Below, piece by piece: positions 33,762-45,037 of a DNA stretch of 64,000 bases. Every line of letters starts with the position of its first letter. Positions within the stretch are counted from its first letter, which is position 1. The translations under genes and the position numbers were made by a program. The stretch spans positions 1,120,001 through 1,184,000 of the forward strand of contig OY820905.2 of NCBI GenBank assembly GCA_963555755.3. The letters run 5' to 3'. The notes under the pieces were generated by a model that was not told the DNA's origin, made no database searches, and saw only the letters and a list, made by a program, of their open reading frames with translations. This stretch comes from Nitrospirales bacterium (GTDB lineage Bacteria > Nitrospirota > Nitrospiria > Nitrospirales > UBA8639).

Positions 33762-34773
33762 TATGCCTTCCCATTTAACTAAGGTTGCTTCAGTTTATTG
33801 AATCCCAAGGGTTTTGAGCTGCTGGTCAGGATTTTCAACAAACTCTGGAAGGTACTCATTGGAGTCTCACGGCGGTTATAGCGAAAGACAAACTCATCAA
33901 GATAGTGTTGCAGGTATTTTGAATCCACTCCATGGTGAATCCCGTTCAGCCAGGTCTGCAGATTGCCGAACGCTCTATGGATGTGTGGAGCGTGCTTCCC
34001 AGCACTTGCTGGGTCACCCTGGGTCCGTCTCAGGTGTTCGTATCCTGCCAAGGCTTTTGCCGAGTATCCCTTCCAACCATCGGACTTGATCTTACTGCCC
34101 TCAGCGACATGGCTATTGAGGAATGCTTTGATCTCGTTCTCTCCAGCGTCTTGAAGAATCGCTAATCGTAAACGCCCTGCTTTCTCTCGAAAGTGATCCC
34201 CTTGTGTGTACGTGACAATTTCTACGGCTCCGGCTATTAACGTCTTGGTTTTCGCTTTCGCGACGCCACGGCCCGTTTTGCCTTTTACCGGTCCACCGAT
34301 ATGGGTTTCATCGGCTTCAACTGTTCCTGCGAGCCGTTCACGGTTCTGTCGTACCATTCCTCGTCGCAATCTGTGGAGCAAATACCAGGCGCTATCCACC
34401 TTCTTGATACTGAGTTGACGCTGCAATTGCACAGCACTGATGCCAGGTGTGTGCGTGGAGACGAAATAGGCAGCCCAAAACCAAAGCCGTAGCGGCAAGT
34501 GCGATCTATGCATCACTGTGCCGCTTAGCGGTGATGTCTGTCTATGACACGACGAACACTCAAACCGGAAATATTTTTTGAGCCACCAACCACCGCGATG
34601 ACCGCAAGCTGGACACATAAACCCGTCTGGCCACCGAATCGCCCGCAAGTACTCGAAGCACGCTTCTTCGGTGTGGAACCTAACAGAAAAATCCAAGATA
34701 TCAGCAGCATACCCTGTGTCCATAGTCCAGCAGACTAGTCTAGGGACTAACCTTAGTCAAATGGGAAGGCATA
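33762..34773 (-). mobile_element. IS1595-family insertion sequence
   Basis: 25-bp TIRs TATGCCTTCCCATTT(A/G)ACTAAGGTT; 8-bp TSD TCCCACGA. Confidence 0.93.
33779..34723 (-). CDS. IS1595 (ISXO2-like) transposase
   Basis: Zinc ribbon CPACG...CSSC, VEADET, SDGW, YLDEFVFRYNRR. Confidence 0.94.
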   Translation of the reverse strand: MDTGYAADILDFSVRFHTEEACFEYLRAIRWPDGFMCPACGHRGGWWLKKYFRFECSSCHRQTSPLSGTVMHRSHLPLRLWFWAAYFVSTHTPGISAVQLQRQLSIKKVDSAWYLLHRLRRGMVRQNRERLAGTVEADETHIGGPVKGKTGRGVAKAKTKTLIAGAVEIVTYTQGDHFREKAGRLRLAILQDAGENEIKAFLNSHVAEGSKIKSDGWKGYSAKALAGYEHLRRTQGDPASAGKHAPHIHRAFGNLQTWLNGIHHGVDSKYLQHYLDEFVFRYNRRETPMSTFQSLLKILTSSSKPLGFNKLKQP

Positions 34774-35590
34774 TCCCACGAAATCTCAGGAAATGCTTGC
34801 TGATATTCAGCATGTTCATTCGAAAGATTCAATCGATGCGTGATCCGCAATAAATCTTGCTTCACTCTTTGGGGAATCGGCACTTCCGACCACGGCTGGG
34901 CACCTTGATACGCTTCATACGCTTTGCGATAGGCCACGAAGGCATTACTCAAATCCCCGCTCGCTTCATATAGAACACCCGTCAAATATCGGGCAAACGG
35001 ATCTTCATGATAATCTTCTTCGTCAACGGTGTCGGTCAAGACATTGAGCCGATGATCAACCTTCCGCGCCTCAACCAGTGCCTCGTCCATGTCCCCTAAC
35101 CGGGCATAGTTCAACGCATTGATCACATTGATCAACACTTGCTCCTACGGATCACCACGAAAGGGGCGCTGGGTATCATTGACTAATAACGACAACGCTT
35201 CATTGCGAAGGCGGCGCGTATACAAATCTTCGACCAACGCATCAGCCAGTTCCAAAAACTCAGTGCTTTCTTCATAGCGACCTGCCAAATGAAGCGTCAT
35301 CCCACGATCCATCAAAAACAACAGCCGGCTTTTTGATCCATAGCCAGCCTCAGCCTTCTCAATGATCGAAACCGCCTTGTTGGAGTTCCGCTGACCCAAG
35401 CTAGCCGATAATGTATCGTAATGGGAAAGGCGCCCCGCACACCCCTCCATCAACAGAAGGGATAGGATCACAAGAAAAAATACGGAGCCTGAAAAATTAA
35501 GAGGAAAGAAAAACGAGGACTGTGGTGGATGGGAAAAGGATCGGGAAAAAGAGCTAGAAGGCGGCTCAGCATGTGACAGGAATTTCACTA

Positions 35591-35881
35591 GGAGGCTGTC
35601 CGACATTAGGGATCGTCGCGAGATTGTGCTGGTTTGAGACAGATTTTTCGATCGTTTGAGGCGAATAGTGGTGACTATTTAACGAAAACGGGGAAGGTTG
35701 AAAAAGGCTGTCCAGCAAGCCCGCAGGGCTTTTGGCGCGCGGAGCGTACACGGAGTACGTGAGCACGCCAAAAGCCCGAGAACGCAGCTGGCGGCCTTTT
35801 TCAACCTTCCCCGAAAACGATCGGAAAAGCTGGCCACCTCCAGCGCAATCACAGTCGATCCGCTCATGTCGGACAGCCTCC
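35591..35881. mobile_element. MITE family F with a nested E-like element (35691-35811)
   Basis: TIRs GGAGGCTGTCCGACAT; inner element flanked by 8-bp direct repeat CGAAAACG; second copy at 56225. Confidence 0.82.
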
Positions 35882-35884
35882 TAA

Positions 35885-36041
35885 GGGTTCGCGCAAGAAT
35901 AACTTCCCCTGTTTGGGTGCTGAGACGCCTGTCTGGCAAGGCGCGAGGACTGCGCATACTCCTCGTATGGAAAGGACGAGCAACGCCGCCAGACGGGATG
36001 GATCGACGCCCAAACAGGGGAAGTTATTCTTGCGCGAACCC
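35885..36041. mobile_element. MITE family B, copy 3
   Basis: Perfect long TIRs; TAA TSD. Confidence 0.87.
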
Positions 36042-36055
36042 TAAACATCAGTCAG

Positions 36056-36670
36056 CTAAAAAAGCGTACGCTTCCGTTCGATGACTTTTTTTATCTTATG
36101 CTGTCCATACCAAGATTTGACGTTATCGGCGAGGCTCACCAATTCTAAATCAACCTGATAGAAAATCGCCTTGGTCCCCTCAGCCTCATCTTGAATGGTC
36201 GAAATCCGACCTTTCATCATATAGTCGGCTCCGATCTCACGCCCTGGAGCCTTTTGAGTATCGTCACGAGAATGGGTAGCCTGGTCGAGACGTTCTTCCC
36301 GAATTTCCTGGCGTTCGGATTTGTCAGCCACAAATGTGACCTTTTGACTGTTCGTCATTTCCCGCTCCAAGTCGGTGATAAACGTTTGCGTATTAATATG
36401 TTCGTGGCTGAGATTTTGGACGGTCCCAACAATCACGACTGGTTGCCGGCTTTCACGCGTGGTGAACTGATTCAACCACGGACGCGATAACATCTCGGTA
36501 ATCATTTTTTCGGCCACTTGTTTGGAGTCGGTGTCATTCCACCGACCACTCAAATCGGTGATCACACCGGTATCGACCCGCGTCACGCGTTTTTCCGTGC
36601 CACAACCGGAAAGAAGGACTGTCAACAACCCTAGCGCGAGAAACCACGAAAACTGTCGAATCATGTTCAT
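36056..36670 (-). CDS. LpoB-like (COG3417) lipoprotein
   Basis: Lipobox LSGC; DLSGRWNDTD, EHINT, GADYMMKG. Confidence 0.8.
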   Translation of the reverse strand: MNMIRQFSWFLALGLLTVLLSGCGTEKRVTRVDTGVITDLSGRWNDTDSKQVAEKMITEMLSRPWLNQFTTRESRQPVVIVGTVQNLSHEHINTQTFITDLEREMTNSQKVTFVADKSERQEIREERLDQATHSRDDTQKAPGREIGADYMMKGRISTIQDEAEGTKAIFYQVDLELVSLADNVKSWYGQHKIKKVIERKRTLF

Positions 36671-36711
36671 AGCAAGTAACCACTCCAATATTATTCGATT
36701 CGCGATAATCC

Positions 36712-37338
36712 TTACTCGGAAGGCGCGCTGACTTGGCGCTTGGCCTCCTCTTGTTCCAATCGATCAAAAATACGTTCCCCGTTTTTCTTGACGAAATTCT
36801 TGACCTCTTTATCAAGTTCATTCGCTTGGGACAACGCCTCCTTCATATCCTTGAAAGACAGCTTGGCCAACACATAGTACATGTTCTTATCTTCATCTTT
36901 ATACCGTTCAATTTGTCGAACGCCGTTGAGAGTGACTGCCGTGAACGTTTTAATCGCACGCTGCACATCCTGTTCCGCAGACACACCTGAGGTTTCCGTG
37001 GTTGCCGTGGTCGCCACATAGTCCCTCATTAAATATGCGGTATAGGTTTCAAAACTTTTGGCTACTTCGGCACGAGCACGGTTTTCGGCAATTTCCCAAG
37101 CAATAGATTCCAGCGGCACTTTTTCAACAGTACCCACGCCGTAAATCGCCTTACTGTCGTCCCGATTCATGACACCTGACCCTTCCTGGACCCAGTCAGG
37201 GGCACCACCACATCCGGAGAGGAGCAAGCCCACCATCAGGCATCCACCCAAAACTAGACCATTCCATTTAGTCAGTGAATTACGTTTCACGGATACCCTC
37301 CTCGATCGTGGGAAGTGGGCGGACGAAAATTGCGGCAC
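36712..37338 (-). CDS. LPP20-family lipoprotein
   Basis: Lipobox LSGC, PDWV, AENRARAEVA; start uncertain. Confidence 0.75.
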   Translation of the reverse strand: MPQFSSAHFPRSRRVSVKRNSLTKWNGLVLGGCLMVGLLLSGCGGAPDWVQEGSGVMNRDDSKAIYGVGTVEKVPLESIAWEIAENRARAEVAKSFETYTAYLMRDYVATTATTETSGVSAEQDVQRAIKTFTAVTLNGVRQIERYKDEDKNMYYVLAKLSFKDMKEALSQANELDKEVKNFVKKNGERIFDRLEQEEAKRQVSAPSE

Positions 37339-37352
37339 CCACCGCTATGCAA

Positions 37353-39256
37353 CAGGGCCATTTCATTCTTTTTATAAGCAAGGGATTCCATGAGGTTTTT
37401 TGTGCGCTCTTTTTCAGGGCAGGGCCATGCGGATGGCTAAATGGGGCTTGCCCCAGAGCAGTCTACACGCCTGCGCGATATTGGTGTAGCCTTTCAGGCG
37501 TAAGAGACTGATGGCATAGCGTCTCAGACAGGTCATGACCATTGGGCCATTGAGACTTCGTATCTGACTCCTGTCTTCATCAAAGGTGACGTCCAACACA
37601 TAATGCTGCTTATTCTCCACACTCCAATGCTTTCGGTTTTGCGAGAGGATGGTCTTCGGCCCCGCCTTGTCTTTGGACTGACTCGTGACACCGCAGACCG
37701 CTTCGACGGTCGTGAGGCCCTGCTTGAGATGCGTCACTTCCCTCTCAATGCAGAAGACTTGCTGGACATGAGGAAAGTTGACATAGGCATTCAGGGAGTC
37801 ATCGCACCAGATCCTGCGGGTCGTGATCTGCCCATGGCCTTTCTCGGTGGTGGCATAATCGCACCGGCGTGCTCGCAACGCTAAGGCCTCAATGTCGTGC
37901 TTCAAGGTGGGCTGGTTTCCCTTGACGGTGAAGACGAAGTCGGCGCCGCGTTCGTGCACCAGGTACTCGGCAATCTCTTTCTGGGTGAGGAGCGCATCCG
38001 CCGTGATCACCTTCCCTGCGATCTCGAGCGCATCTAACAGGGGCCGCACGCAGGGGATCTCATTGGTCTTGGAGTGAACTTTTTTTGGGTGAGGTGGCGC
38101 CCGGCTTGATGGGTGACGGCGCTGAGGACGTGGGTCTGTTCGCTTGGGACCTTCGACGTCCCCCGCATGGTCTTCCCATCAATGGCAATGCCCTGATCCT
38201 CCCCGCCGAAGGTGTCCAGCCACCGGCCGAGCAGGGTATCGACTTCACAGGGGTCGACGGCCGTGATAAAGCGGTAAAGAGTGCTGCGGCTCGGGACGAG
38301 GTAGCGCCCCCCTCGCTGAGTACAGCCTAGCCGCTTGCGCATCGGCTGCGATAACTGCTGGGCCCAGTCCGAGATCGCTTCATAGCCGCGCGCGCCGCAC
38401 AAGGTGGCACAGAACATGATCGCCGTGAGGGCGCGTCGGGTGTGCCGTTGCCCTTGCAAATGGCGGGGATCGGTCAGCTGCACCACATACGTAAAGAGGG
38501 AGTCCGTCTGTTTTGTATTCAATCTCATCTGAGGCGCTTCTCCTTTCTGATAGGGCTGATCAAGCATCGGGCGTGCAAGGATCTCTCGGGCTTGGGGATG
38601 CAGCCGCACGACTAGGATGCGCTTCGGTCTCTCATGCTGAACATAACACGTGTTCGACTTGCGAAACCCTCGTGTCAGACCGAGCTCGTGCCACCCGGCG
38701 GCCCGATAGCAGGTCCCGGTGAAGCGGGCAGGATCGACGAAGGTCTCTAAGAGGAGCAAGGGGTAGCCGTGGTACAGTTGCCAATCGGCCGAGATCCGTT
38801 TCGCGCAGAGCGACAGGACTTTCGAGGCGAGGTTCTTTTGCGAACAGCCCGGCAGCATGAGAAACCAGGTGTTGTTGGCCAGTAAATGGAGTCGTTGCCA
38901 TTGAAAACAGGGGGGCCAGCCGATCCAGTGGTCTCGCGGTCTCGATTTGAGGGCCGCCGCCGCAAACACCAGCAAGGCCAGCCAGCGATCCTGCACACAG
39001 GCGAGATATTGTATCGATTGGCCAATCAGCGGGGCATGACCGAGGTAGTGGTGTCTGTCGAGAAGGGTCTTGAAGGCGTCCTTTTCGTCTCGGACAATTG
39101 GGCGAACCACGACTTGCCTCAGATCAATGTCCGGCTGTCCGCTTGGCGATTCGTCTGGCATGCAAAAGAGTATGCCGTAAACGAAAAGAAAAAGCCAGCC
39201 TAAATCGATTATTCCTTATTATCTATAAAGTTACACTTTAATATGAAATAGCCCTG
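37353..39256 (-). mobile_element. ISAs1-family insertion sequence, copy 3
   Basis: 1904 bp, same TIRs; 9-bp TSD GCTATGCAA. Confidence 0.95.
37414..39161 (-). CDS. DUF4338 + ISAs1 transposase (frameshifted), copy 3
   Basis: Same proteins as copy 1. Confidence 0.88.
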
Positions 39257-39293
39257 GCTATGCAAACAGACATTAGAGAAAACCTATGAAAAA

Positions 39294-39322
39294 ATGCTAA
39301 CATGGACCCCCTACCCTGTCAA
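39294..39322 (-). promoter_or_regulatory. sigma70-like promoter facing the lipoprotein operon
   Basis: TTGACA-17 bp-TAGCAT on the minus strand. Confidence 0.55.
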
Positions 39323-39420
39323 GAAAATCAAAAATGAAAAGCCTCGTCATTACAGAGGATTACGAGGAATGTAAACAAGAAAGGCCAAAGGCGTGGCCTG
39401 AAGCTAAAGGAGGACGTATC

Positions 39421-39585
39421 GTGGCTGAAGTGAAAATTGACGATGGAATTATTAAAGTTGTGGGCTTAGAAATTCAAGATCCCAAGGTCGCAAAAATTTT
39501 GGCAGAATATCCTGAAAATCGGTGGTGTGAAATTACCAGACGGGCAGTCAAAATCGGCTTGGGCTTCTTAAAAGGCGGCGCATAA
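39421..39585 (+). CDS. small hypothetical protein
   Basis: GTG start with AAGGAGG ribosome-binding site; 54 aa. Confidence 0.65.
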   Translation: MAEVKIDDGIIKVVGLEIQDPKVAKILAEYPENRWCEITRRAVKIGLGFLKGGA

Positions 39586-39803
39586 GATTAACTCTAGTGG
39601 TTCCATCAACAGACTGCCTACCCAAAGGCTGGTGAAAAGAATGGTCATGGGAAAGCGATTATGTATTTTATGAATTTTTCCTGGTAAAGCACTCGTGTTC
39701 TGTTAGGCTTCTGTTTTAAAGCCTGCCCTAAAAAATGACGACATGGTGGAAGTAGAAACTCCCCTTCATTTATGTTGCCCCCTGTTTAGGAAAAATGGAA
39801 AAT

Positions 39804-39993
39804 GGGCCTGTTGAATATTTCACTCCAACAGCAAGTAAAAGCTCCACACGAGCCACGCATAGTCAGGGGGAGGGAATGTTCAAAAAAGTTCGTCCAGCAA
39901 GGCCGCAGCCCTTTTGACGCGCGGAGCGTACTCATAGTACGTGAGCACGACAAAAGGGCGAGAACGCCGCTGGCGGCTTTTTTCAACATTCCC
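39804..39993. mobile_element. MITE family E, empty copy
   Basis: 5-bp TSD AAAAT. Confidence 0.85.
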
Positions 39994-40025
39994 AAAATAT
40001 GAATTCGGCATGCAGGATTGATGAC

Positions 40026-41549
40026 ATGCTCACTCAACACGATCGGGACTACCTGGTAGCCAGAGGCACATCTGTTGAAACCGTAAAACACCAACTCGCC
40101 ATTTTCCAACGCGGCATTCCGTTTACCACCATTTCAAAACCATGCATAGTCAATGACGGGATCCAACACATTGCCGAAACCGATCTTGCAACACTCAAAC
40201 GAACATTTAGCCACGCCATGACTGCGGGACGGGTCACGAAATTTGTCCCAGCCTCAGGCGCAGCCTCCCGAATGTTTAAAGGGCTTTTGGCTTGCTGCAC
40301 GGATGAGGCCACCGCACCATCAGACAACGCCAGTTTACAGTCCTTTTTAGACCACCTTTCGGATTTTGCTTTTTTTGAAGACTTATCCAATACACTCACC
40401 AAGCAGGGACATCAGCTAGAGGACATCCACACCCGTGGACAATACCAACCAATCCTAGAAGCGTTGCTCCACCCAGCAGGACTCAATTATGCCAAACGAC
40501 CCAAAGGCCTCCTGAAGTTTCACCGATACCCTGACCACATACGAACCCCGATTGAAGAACATTTAATGGAAGCGGCGGTCTACGCCAAAAATATGAGCAA
40601 TCAAGCCCATCTACATTTCACGATTTCACCCGAACATCAAGAGGCTGTTCAAGAACATATTGAATCAGCCCGTCAACGATTCAAGCACGATGACCTCGAT
40701 TGGGTTGTCACATGCTCCCTACAAAAATCTTCAAGCGATACGATTGCCGTTGACATGAAAAACCAGCCTTTTCGCGACCACGAGGGCAATCTCCTCTTCC
40801 GTCCAGCTGGCCATGGTGCCCTCCTTTCAAATGTGAATGAACTGCAGGGGGACATTGTCTTCATTAAAAATATCGACAACGTCGTTCCCGACCATCTCAA
40901 GGAAGAAACCTACACGTATAAACGCGCCTTGGGTGGTTGTCTCATTACAATCCAAGAGACACTCTTTGCGTATCTCCGGCAGCTCGAAACGGAAACCATC
41001 ACGGCAATACACATTGACGACATAGCCCAATGGACACAATCAGCCTTGTATTGGACAAGCCCTCCACAGTGGGAAAATTGGGACCTCACACAGCGCATCA
41101 CATGTCTCCGACAATTTTGCAACCGCCCGATTCGAGTCTGTGGCATGGTCAAGAATACGGGCGACCCTGGTGGCGGACCGTTTTGGGTCAAACATGAAGA
41201 CGGCTCAACGTCCCTTCAAATAGTTGAATCCTCACAAGTGGACCCGCAATCCTCGGAACAACAACACATCTTTGCCTCTTCAACACACTTCAATCCTGTG
41301 GATATGGTTTGCGGAGTTCGCGACTACCAAGGAAACCCTTTTGACCTGAGTCAGTTTGTTGATCCCGATGCAGGGTTTATTTCACAGAAGTCCTACGAAG
41401 GTCGTGAGTTGAAAGCACTCGAACTTCCGGGCCTCTGGAATGGAGCCATGGCCAAGTGGCACACCATTTTCGTGGAGGTCCCACGGCCCACCTTTAACCC
41501 AGTCAAAACTGTCCTCGACCTCCTCTTGCCCGCTCATCAGCCACAATGA
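40026..41549 (+). CDS. DUF4301-family protein
   Basis: KFVPASGAASRMFK, FRPAGHGALL, FIKNIDNV, GGGPFW, THFNPVD, ELPGLWNGAM. Confidence 0.88.
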   Translation: MLTQHDRDYLVARGTSVETVKHQLAIFQRGIPFTTISKPCIVNDGIQHIAETDLATLKRTFSHAMTAGRVTKFVPASGAASRMFKGLLACCTDEATAPSDNASLQSFLDHLSDFAFFEDLSNTLTKQGHQLEDIHTRGQYQPILEALLHPAGLNYAKRPKGLLKFHRYPDHIRTPIEEHLMEAAVYAKNMSNQAHLHFTISPEHQEAVQEHIESARQRFKHDDLDWVVTCSLQKSSSDTIAVDMKNQPFRDHEGNLLFRPAGHGALLSNVNELQGDIVFIKNIDNVVPDHLKEETYTYKRALGGCLITIQETLFAYLRQLETETITAIHIDDIAQWTQSALYWTSPPQWENWDLTQRITCLRQFCNRPIRVCGMVKNTGDPGGGPFWVKHEDGSTSLQIVESSQVDPQSSEQQHIFASSTHFNPVDMVCGVRDYQGNPFDLSQFVDPDAGFISQKSYEGRELKALELPGLWNGAMAKWHTIFVEVPRPTFNPVKTVLDLLLPAHQPQ

Positions 41550-41685
41550 TGTGGTGCCAAGAAATTCTCTTGCAGGAAGACAAGAACCGCATCATAATAA
41601 AACCGATCAATCAGGGCCGTTTCTGATTCAGCGATATCGACAAATCCCAACGGCAAAATATCTTTACATTCAAGAGGACTCACCC

Positions 41686-43569
41686 ATGGCAGAAAAAATT
41701 GAAACTCTTTTAAAAAGCTCCACGGTCCACCACCCGACAGCCAAAACGCTGCAGGAAGCGTATATCAAAGATTACGACGCCGCGTATAAAGAATCGATTG
41801 CTGATCCGGAGAAATTTTGGGAGGGCGTGGCCAAGGAATTGGAGTGGTTTTCTCCATGGAAACAAGTTCTGGAGTGGAAGTACCCTTGGGCCAAATGGTT
41901 TCTCGATGCCAAGTGCAATATTTCGTATAACTGTTTAGACCGTCATGTAAACTCGTGGCGCAAGAACAAAGTCGCAGTCATTTGGGTTGGGGAAAAAGGC
42001 GAAGAACGCATCTTCACCTACGCCGAACTCTATCGCCAGGTGAATCGTTGTGCCAATGCGCTGAAATCTCTCGGTCTCAAAAAAGGCGATGTCGTTACTA
42101 TTTATCTACCCAAAATTCCAGAACAAATTGTCGCCATGCTCGCCTGTGCGCGGATCGGGGTCATCCATTCCGTCATCTACTCTGGATTTAGCGCACCAGC
42201 GCTCGAAGCTCGGATTAAAGATGCCGAAGCAAAACTCATCATCACGGCGGATTACGGATACGATCGTGGCAAAAGTATCGACCTGAAAAAAGTCGTGGAC
42301 CAAGCCGTGGCGAATTGTCCGGGCATTGAAAAGTCCATCGTCGTGCGGCGAGAAAAACCTGGCATTACCCTGACGGACAACGAACTCGATTGGGAAGAAT
42401 TGCTGGCAGGTCAATCCACGAAATGTGAAGCCGAACAACTGGATGCCGAAACGCCACTGTACTTCCTCTACACCTCGGGGACAACTGGCAAACCCAAAGG
42501 CGTCGTGCATGTGCATGGCGGATACATGGTCGGCACCTACATCACCACAAAATATGTCTTCGACCTCAAGGATGAAGATGTATTCTTTTGCGTCGCGGAT
42601 CCAGGCTGGGTGACCGGACACAGTTACATTGTCTACGGCCCGCTGCTCAATGGCGCCACTATCCTTACTGCGGAAGGCAAACCCGACTACCCCAATCCTG
42701 GTCGCTGGTGGGATCTCATCTCGAAATATGGCGTGTCGATTTTTTATACCACGCCAACAGCCATTCGCCTACTCATGAAGTACGGCGAAGACTGGCCCAA
42801 GAAATATGATCTCTCGACATTGCGTATTCTAGGATCAGTGGGCGAGCCCATAAACCCCGAAGCGTGGGAATGGTTCTATCGCGTAACCGGCGGCGATAAA
42901 CCCATAATGGACACGTGGTGGCAAACCGAAACCGGATCGATCCTGGTGACTCCGCTTCCCTGCGTGCCACTAAAACCCGGATCAGCCACGCGACCATTTT
43001 TAGGAATCGAAGCCGATGTAGTGGACAGGGAAGGCAACAGCATCGGCACCGGTGGTGGATTCGCCGTCATTAAAAAACCATGGCCATCCATGATGCGCAC
43101 GATTCACAAAGACCCAGACCGATACCTCAGCTACTGGAACCTTATTCCAGGATGCTACACCGCTGGTGACGTGTGTCATAAAGATGAAGATGGGTACTTT
43201 TGGTTCATGGGCCGCGCAGATGACGTTGTCAAAGTCGCAGGGAACCGTATCGGTACTGCCGAAGTAGAAAGCGCGTTGGTCAGTCACGATGCCGTAGTCG
43301 AAGCCGCGGTGATCGGCAAACCTCACAAAACCGCCGGCGAGATGATCAAAGCCTTTGTGATTCTCAAACAAGGCCAAGAGGAAAGTTCAGACTTGATCAA
43401 GAGCCTTAAAGCACATGTCCAAACTGAACTCGGGAAAATCGCGGTTCCCAGAGAGGTCGAAATCGTCACATCGCTCCCCAAAACCCGCTCAGGCAAAATC
43501 ATGCGCCGCGTACTAAAAGCCAAAGAACTAGGCCAAGACCCCGGCGATATTTCCACGTTGGAAGAATAA
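41686..43569 (+). CDS. acs: acetyl-CoA synthetase
   Basis: [31 protein letters not shown]. Confidence 0.96.
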   Translation: MAEKIETLLKSSTVHHPTAKTLQEAYIKDYDAAYKESIADPEKFWEGVAKELEWFSPWKQVLEWKYPWAKWFLDAKCNISYNCLDRHVNSWRKNKVAVIWVGEKGEERIFTYAELYRQVNRCANALKSLGLKKGDVVTIYLPKIPEQIVAMLACARIGVIHSVIYSGFSAPALEARIKDAEAKLIITADYGYDRGKSIDLKKVVDQAVANCPGIEKSIVVRREKPGITLTDNELDWEELLAGQSTKCEAEQLDAETPLYFLYTSGTTGKPKGVVHVHGGYMVGTYITTKYVFDLKDEDVFFCVADPGWVTGHSYIVYGPLLNGATILTAEGKPDYPNPGRWWDLISKYGVSIFYTTPTAIRLLMKYGEDWPKKYDLSTLRILGSVGEPINPEAWEWFYRVTGGDKPIMDTWWQTETGSILVTPLPCVPLKPGSATRPFLGIEADVVDREGNSIGTGGGFAVIKKPWPSMMRTIHKDPDRYLSYWNLIPGCYTAGDVCHKDEDGYFWFMGRADDVVKVAGNRIGTAEVESALVSHDAVVEAAVIGKPHKTAGEMIKAFVILKQGQEESSDLIKSLKAHVQTELGKIAVPREVEIVTSLPKTRSGKIMRRVLKAKELGQDPGDISTLEE

Positions 43570-43581
43570 ACTCTCACAAAA

Positions 43582-43630
43582 AAGGGCGAGTGGCGTTCCC
43601 CCAACGCCACTCGCCTCTCTTTTTATTTTT
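43582..43630 (+). terminator. intrinsic terminator after acs
   Basis: GGCGAGTGGCGTT / AACGCCACTCGCC hairpin and T-rich tail. Confidence 0.8.
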
Positions 43631-43789
43631 ACACCCTCTCCTTAAGATCCGATCGTCATCCCAAAGACAAGCATTCTTCAATGCCATAATCCTAGGCTAA
43701 TAAAACGTCATCGCAAGGCCTCAATTTACCCCCATTCTTTCCTCACATGAAGACTAACAAAAAGAGCCCTTTTTCTTGGGTAGTAGAAC

Positions 43790-45037
43790 TCATGTAGACT
43801 CCCAAAGTCTGCGCAAGGGAACCGCATACATCCCCTCACCAAAACTGGCACTGGTCTCGCCATCATACAGGACCACCCCGCCAGCAAAGCGCGATCCTGC
43901 GGCCTGCTTAAGTTTACGCATCCCGCGGAAATCCGCCGGAGTCACCGTGGCTCCAGCCTTCACTTCCACGCCAGCAAGCCTGCGTGTGCCGCATTCAATG
44001 ACCAGGTCTACTTCGACGCCATCCTTATCGCGGAAATGAAAAAATTGCAGCGACTCATGGTACCAGCTCGCCTGACGTCGAAGCTCTTGATACACAAATG
44101 TTTCAAGGATCTGACCCAACAGAGGCCGATCCGCCGCCAACGCAGCCGCGTTGACCCCAAGCAAGGCTGTGGCCAGCCCAGTATCCCCCAAATGCAATTT
44201 GGGTGTCTTGATGAGTCGACTCAGACGATTGCTGTGCCAAGGCGGCAGAGTCTCCAGAAGGAACACCCGATCCAACAACGTGACATAGTCACGGATAGTC
44301 GGGCGGCTCAGATGAAACGGTGCCGCCAAGTCGGATACGTTCAACAGCCGGGCCGTCTGCGTTGCCGCTAAGGTGAGGAGCCGGGGCAGGGCGTCGAGCA
44401 TACTGATGCGTGACAGATCACGCACGTCGCGCTGAACAAGCGCGTCCAGATAGTCCCGGTACCAAGCAGCGCGTCGTCGCTCGGCTGGTCGAGCCAACGC
44501 CGCTGGATAGCCGCCCGCCACAATTCGTTTGATGAGTTCGCCAGCCAACCGTTCGCTGGTCCGAGTTTTGAAGCCACCAGTGAACAGCATGTCTAGAAAT
44601 CTTGGCTTGCGACGCCCCAGCTCACACTGGGCGAGCGGATGCAGCCGAAGCATCTCCAGCCGGCCAGCCAGCGAATCCACCAGTCGGGGAACCAACAAGA
44701 CATTAGCCGAACCCGTTAAAATAAATCGGCCTGGACTTCGCTTACGATCGATGGCCGTCTTGAGCGCGGCAAAGAGGGTAGGGACTCGTTGCACCTCATC
44801 CAGAATTGCCCGGTTCGGAAGATCACCCACGAAACCTATTGGGTCAGCCTGGGCAGCCGCGCGCGCCACGTCATCATCAAAGTTGAAATAGACATAACCC
44901 ATGCGCTCACCCACTCGTTGAGCCAGCGTGGTCTTGCCGCACTGACGCGGACCATAAATCAGCACTGCTGGGGAATCGGCAAGGGATTCAACCAGCTGTG
45001 GCTCCGCATAACGTGGGTAAAGGAGGAAAGGAGTCAT
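43790..45037 (-). CDS. AAA_14 / DUF4143 ATPase
   Basis: GPRQCGKTT, LDEVQR, LTGSA, GGYP, EVDLVIE...VEVK. Confidence 0.9.
   Translation of the reverse strand: MTPFLLYPRYAEPQLVESLADSPAVLIYGPRQCGKTTLAQRVGERMGYVYFNFDDDVARAAAQADPIGFVGDLPNRAILDEVQRVPTLFAALKTAIDRKRSPGRFILTGSANVLLVPRLVDSLAGRLEMLRLHPLAQCELGRRKPRFLDMLFTGGFKTRTSERLAGELIKRIVAGGYPAALARPAERRRAAWYRDYLDALVQRDVRDLSRISMLDALPRLLTLAATQTARLLNVSDLAAPFHLSRPTIRDYVTLLDRVFLLETLPPWHSNRLSRLIKTPKLHLGDTGLATALLGVNAAALAADRPLLGQILETFVYQELRRQASWYHESLQFFHFRDKDGVEVDLVIECGTRRLAGVEVKAGATVTPADFRGMRKLKQAAGSRFAGGVVLYDGETSASFGEGMYAVPLRRLWEST

Larger units (their letters stand above)
33042..35606 (-). pseudogene. COG3014-like TPR lipoprotein, disrupted by IS1595 and an in-frame TAG
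   Basis: Three fragments join in one frame after removing the IS; TAG at 35145-35147 in GDP*EQVLIN; 5' start uncertain. Confidence 0.8.

Noticed and set aside
35145..35147. Amber readthrough or recoding
   Set aside because: The gene is also IS-disrupted and other genes here use TAG as a stop; a nonsense mutation is simpler
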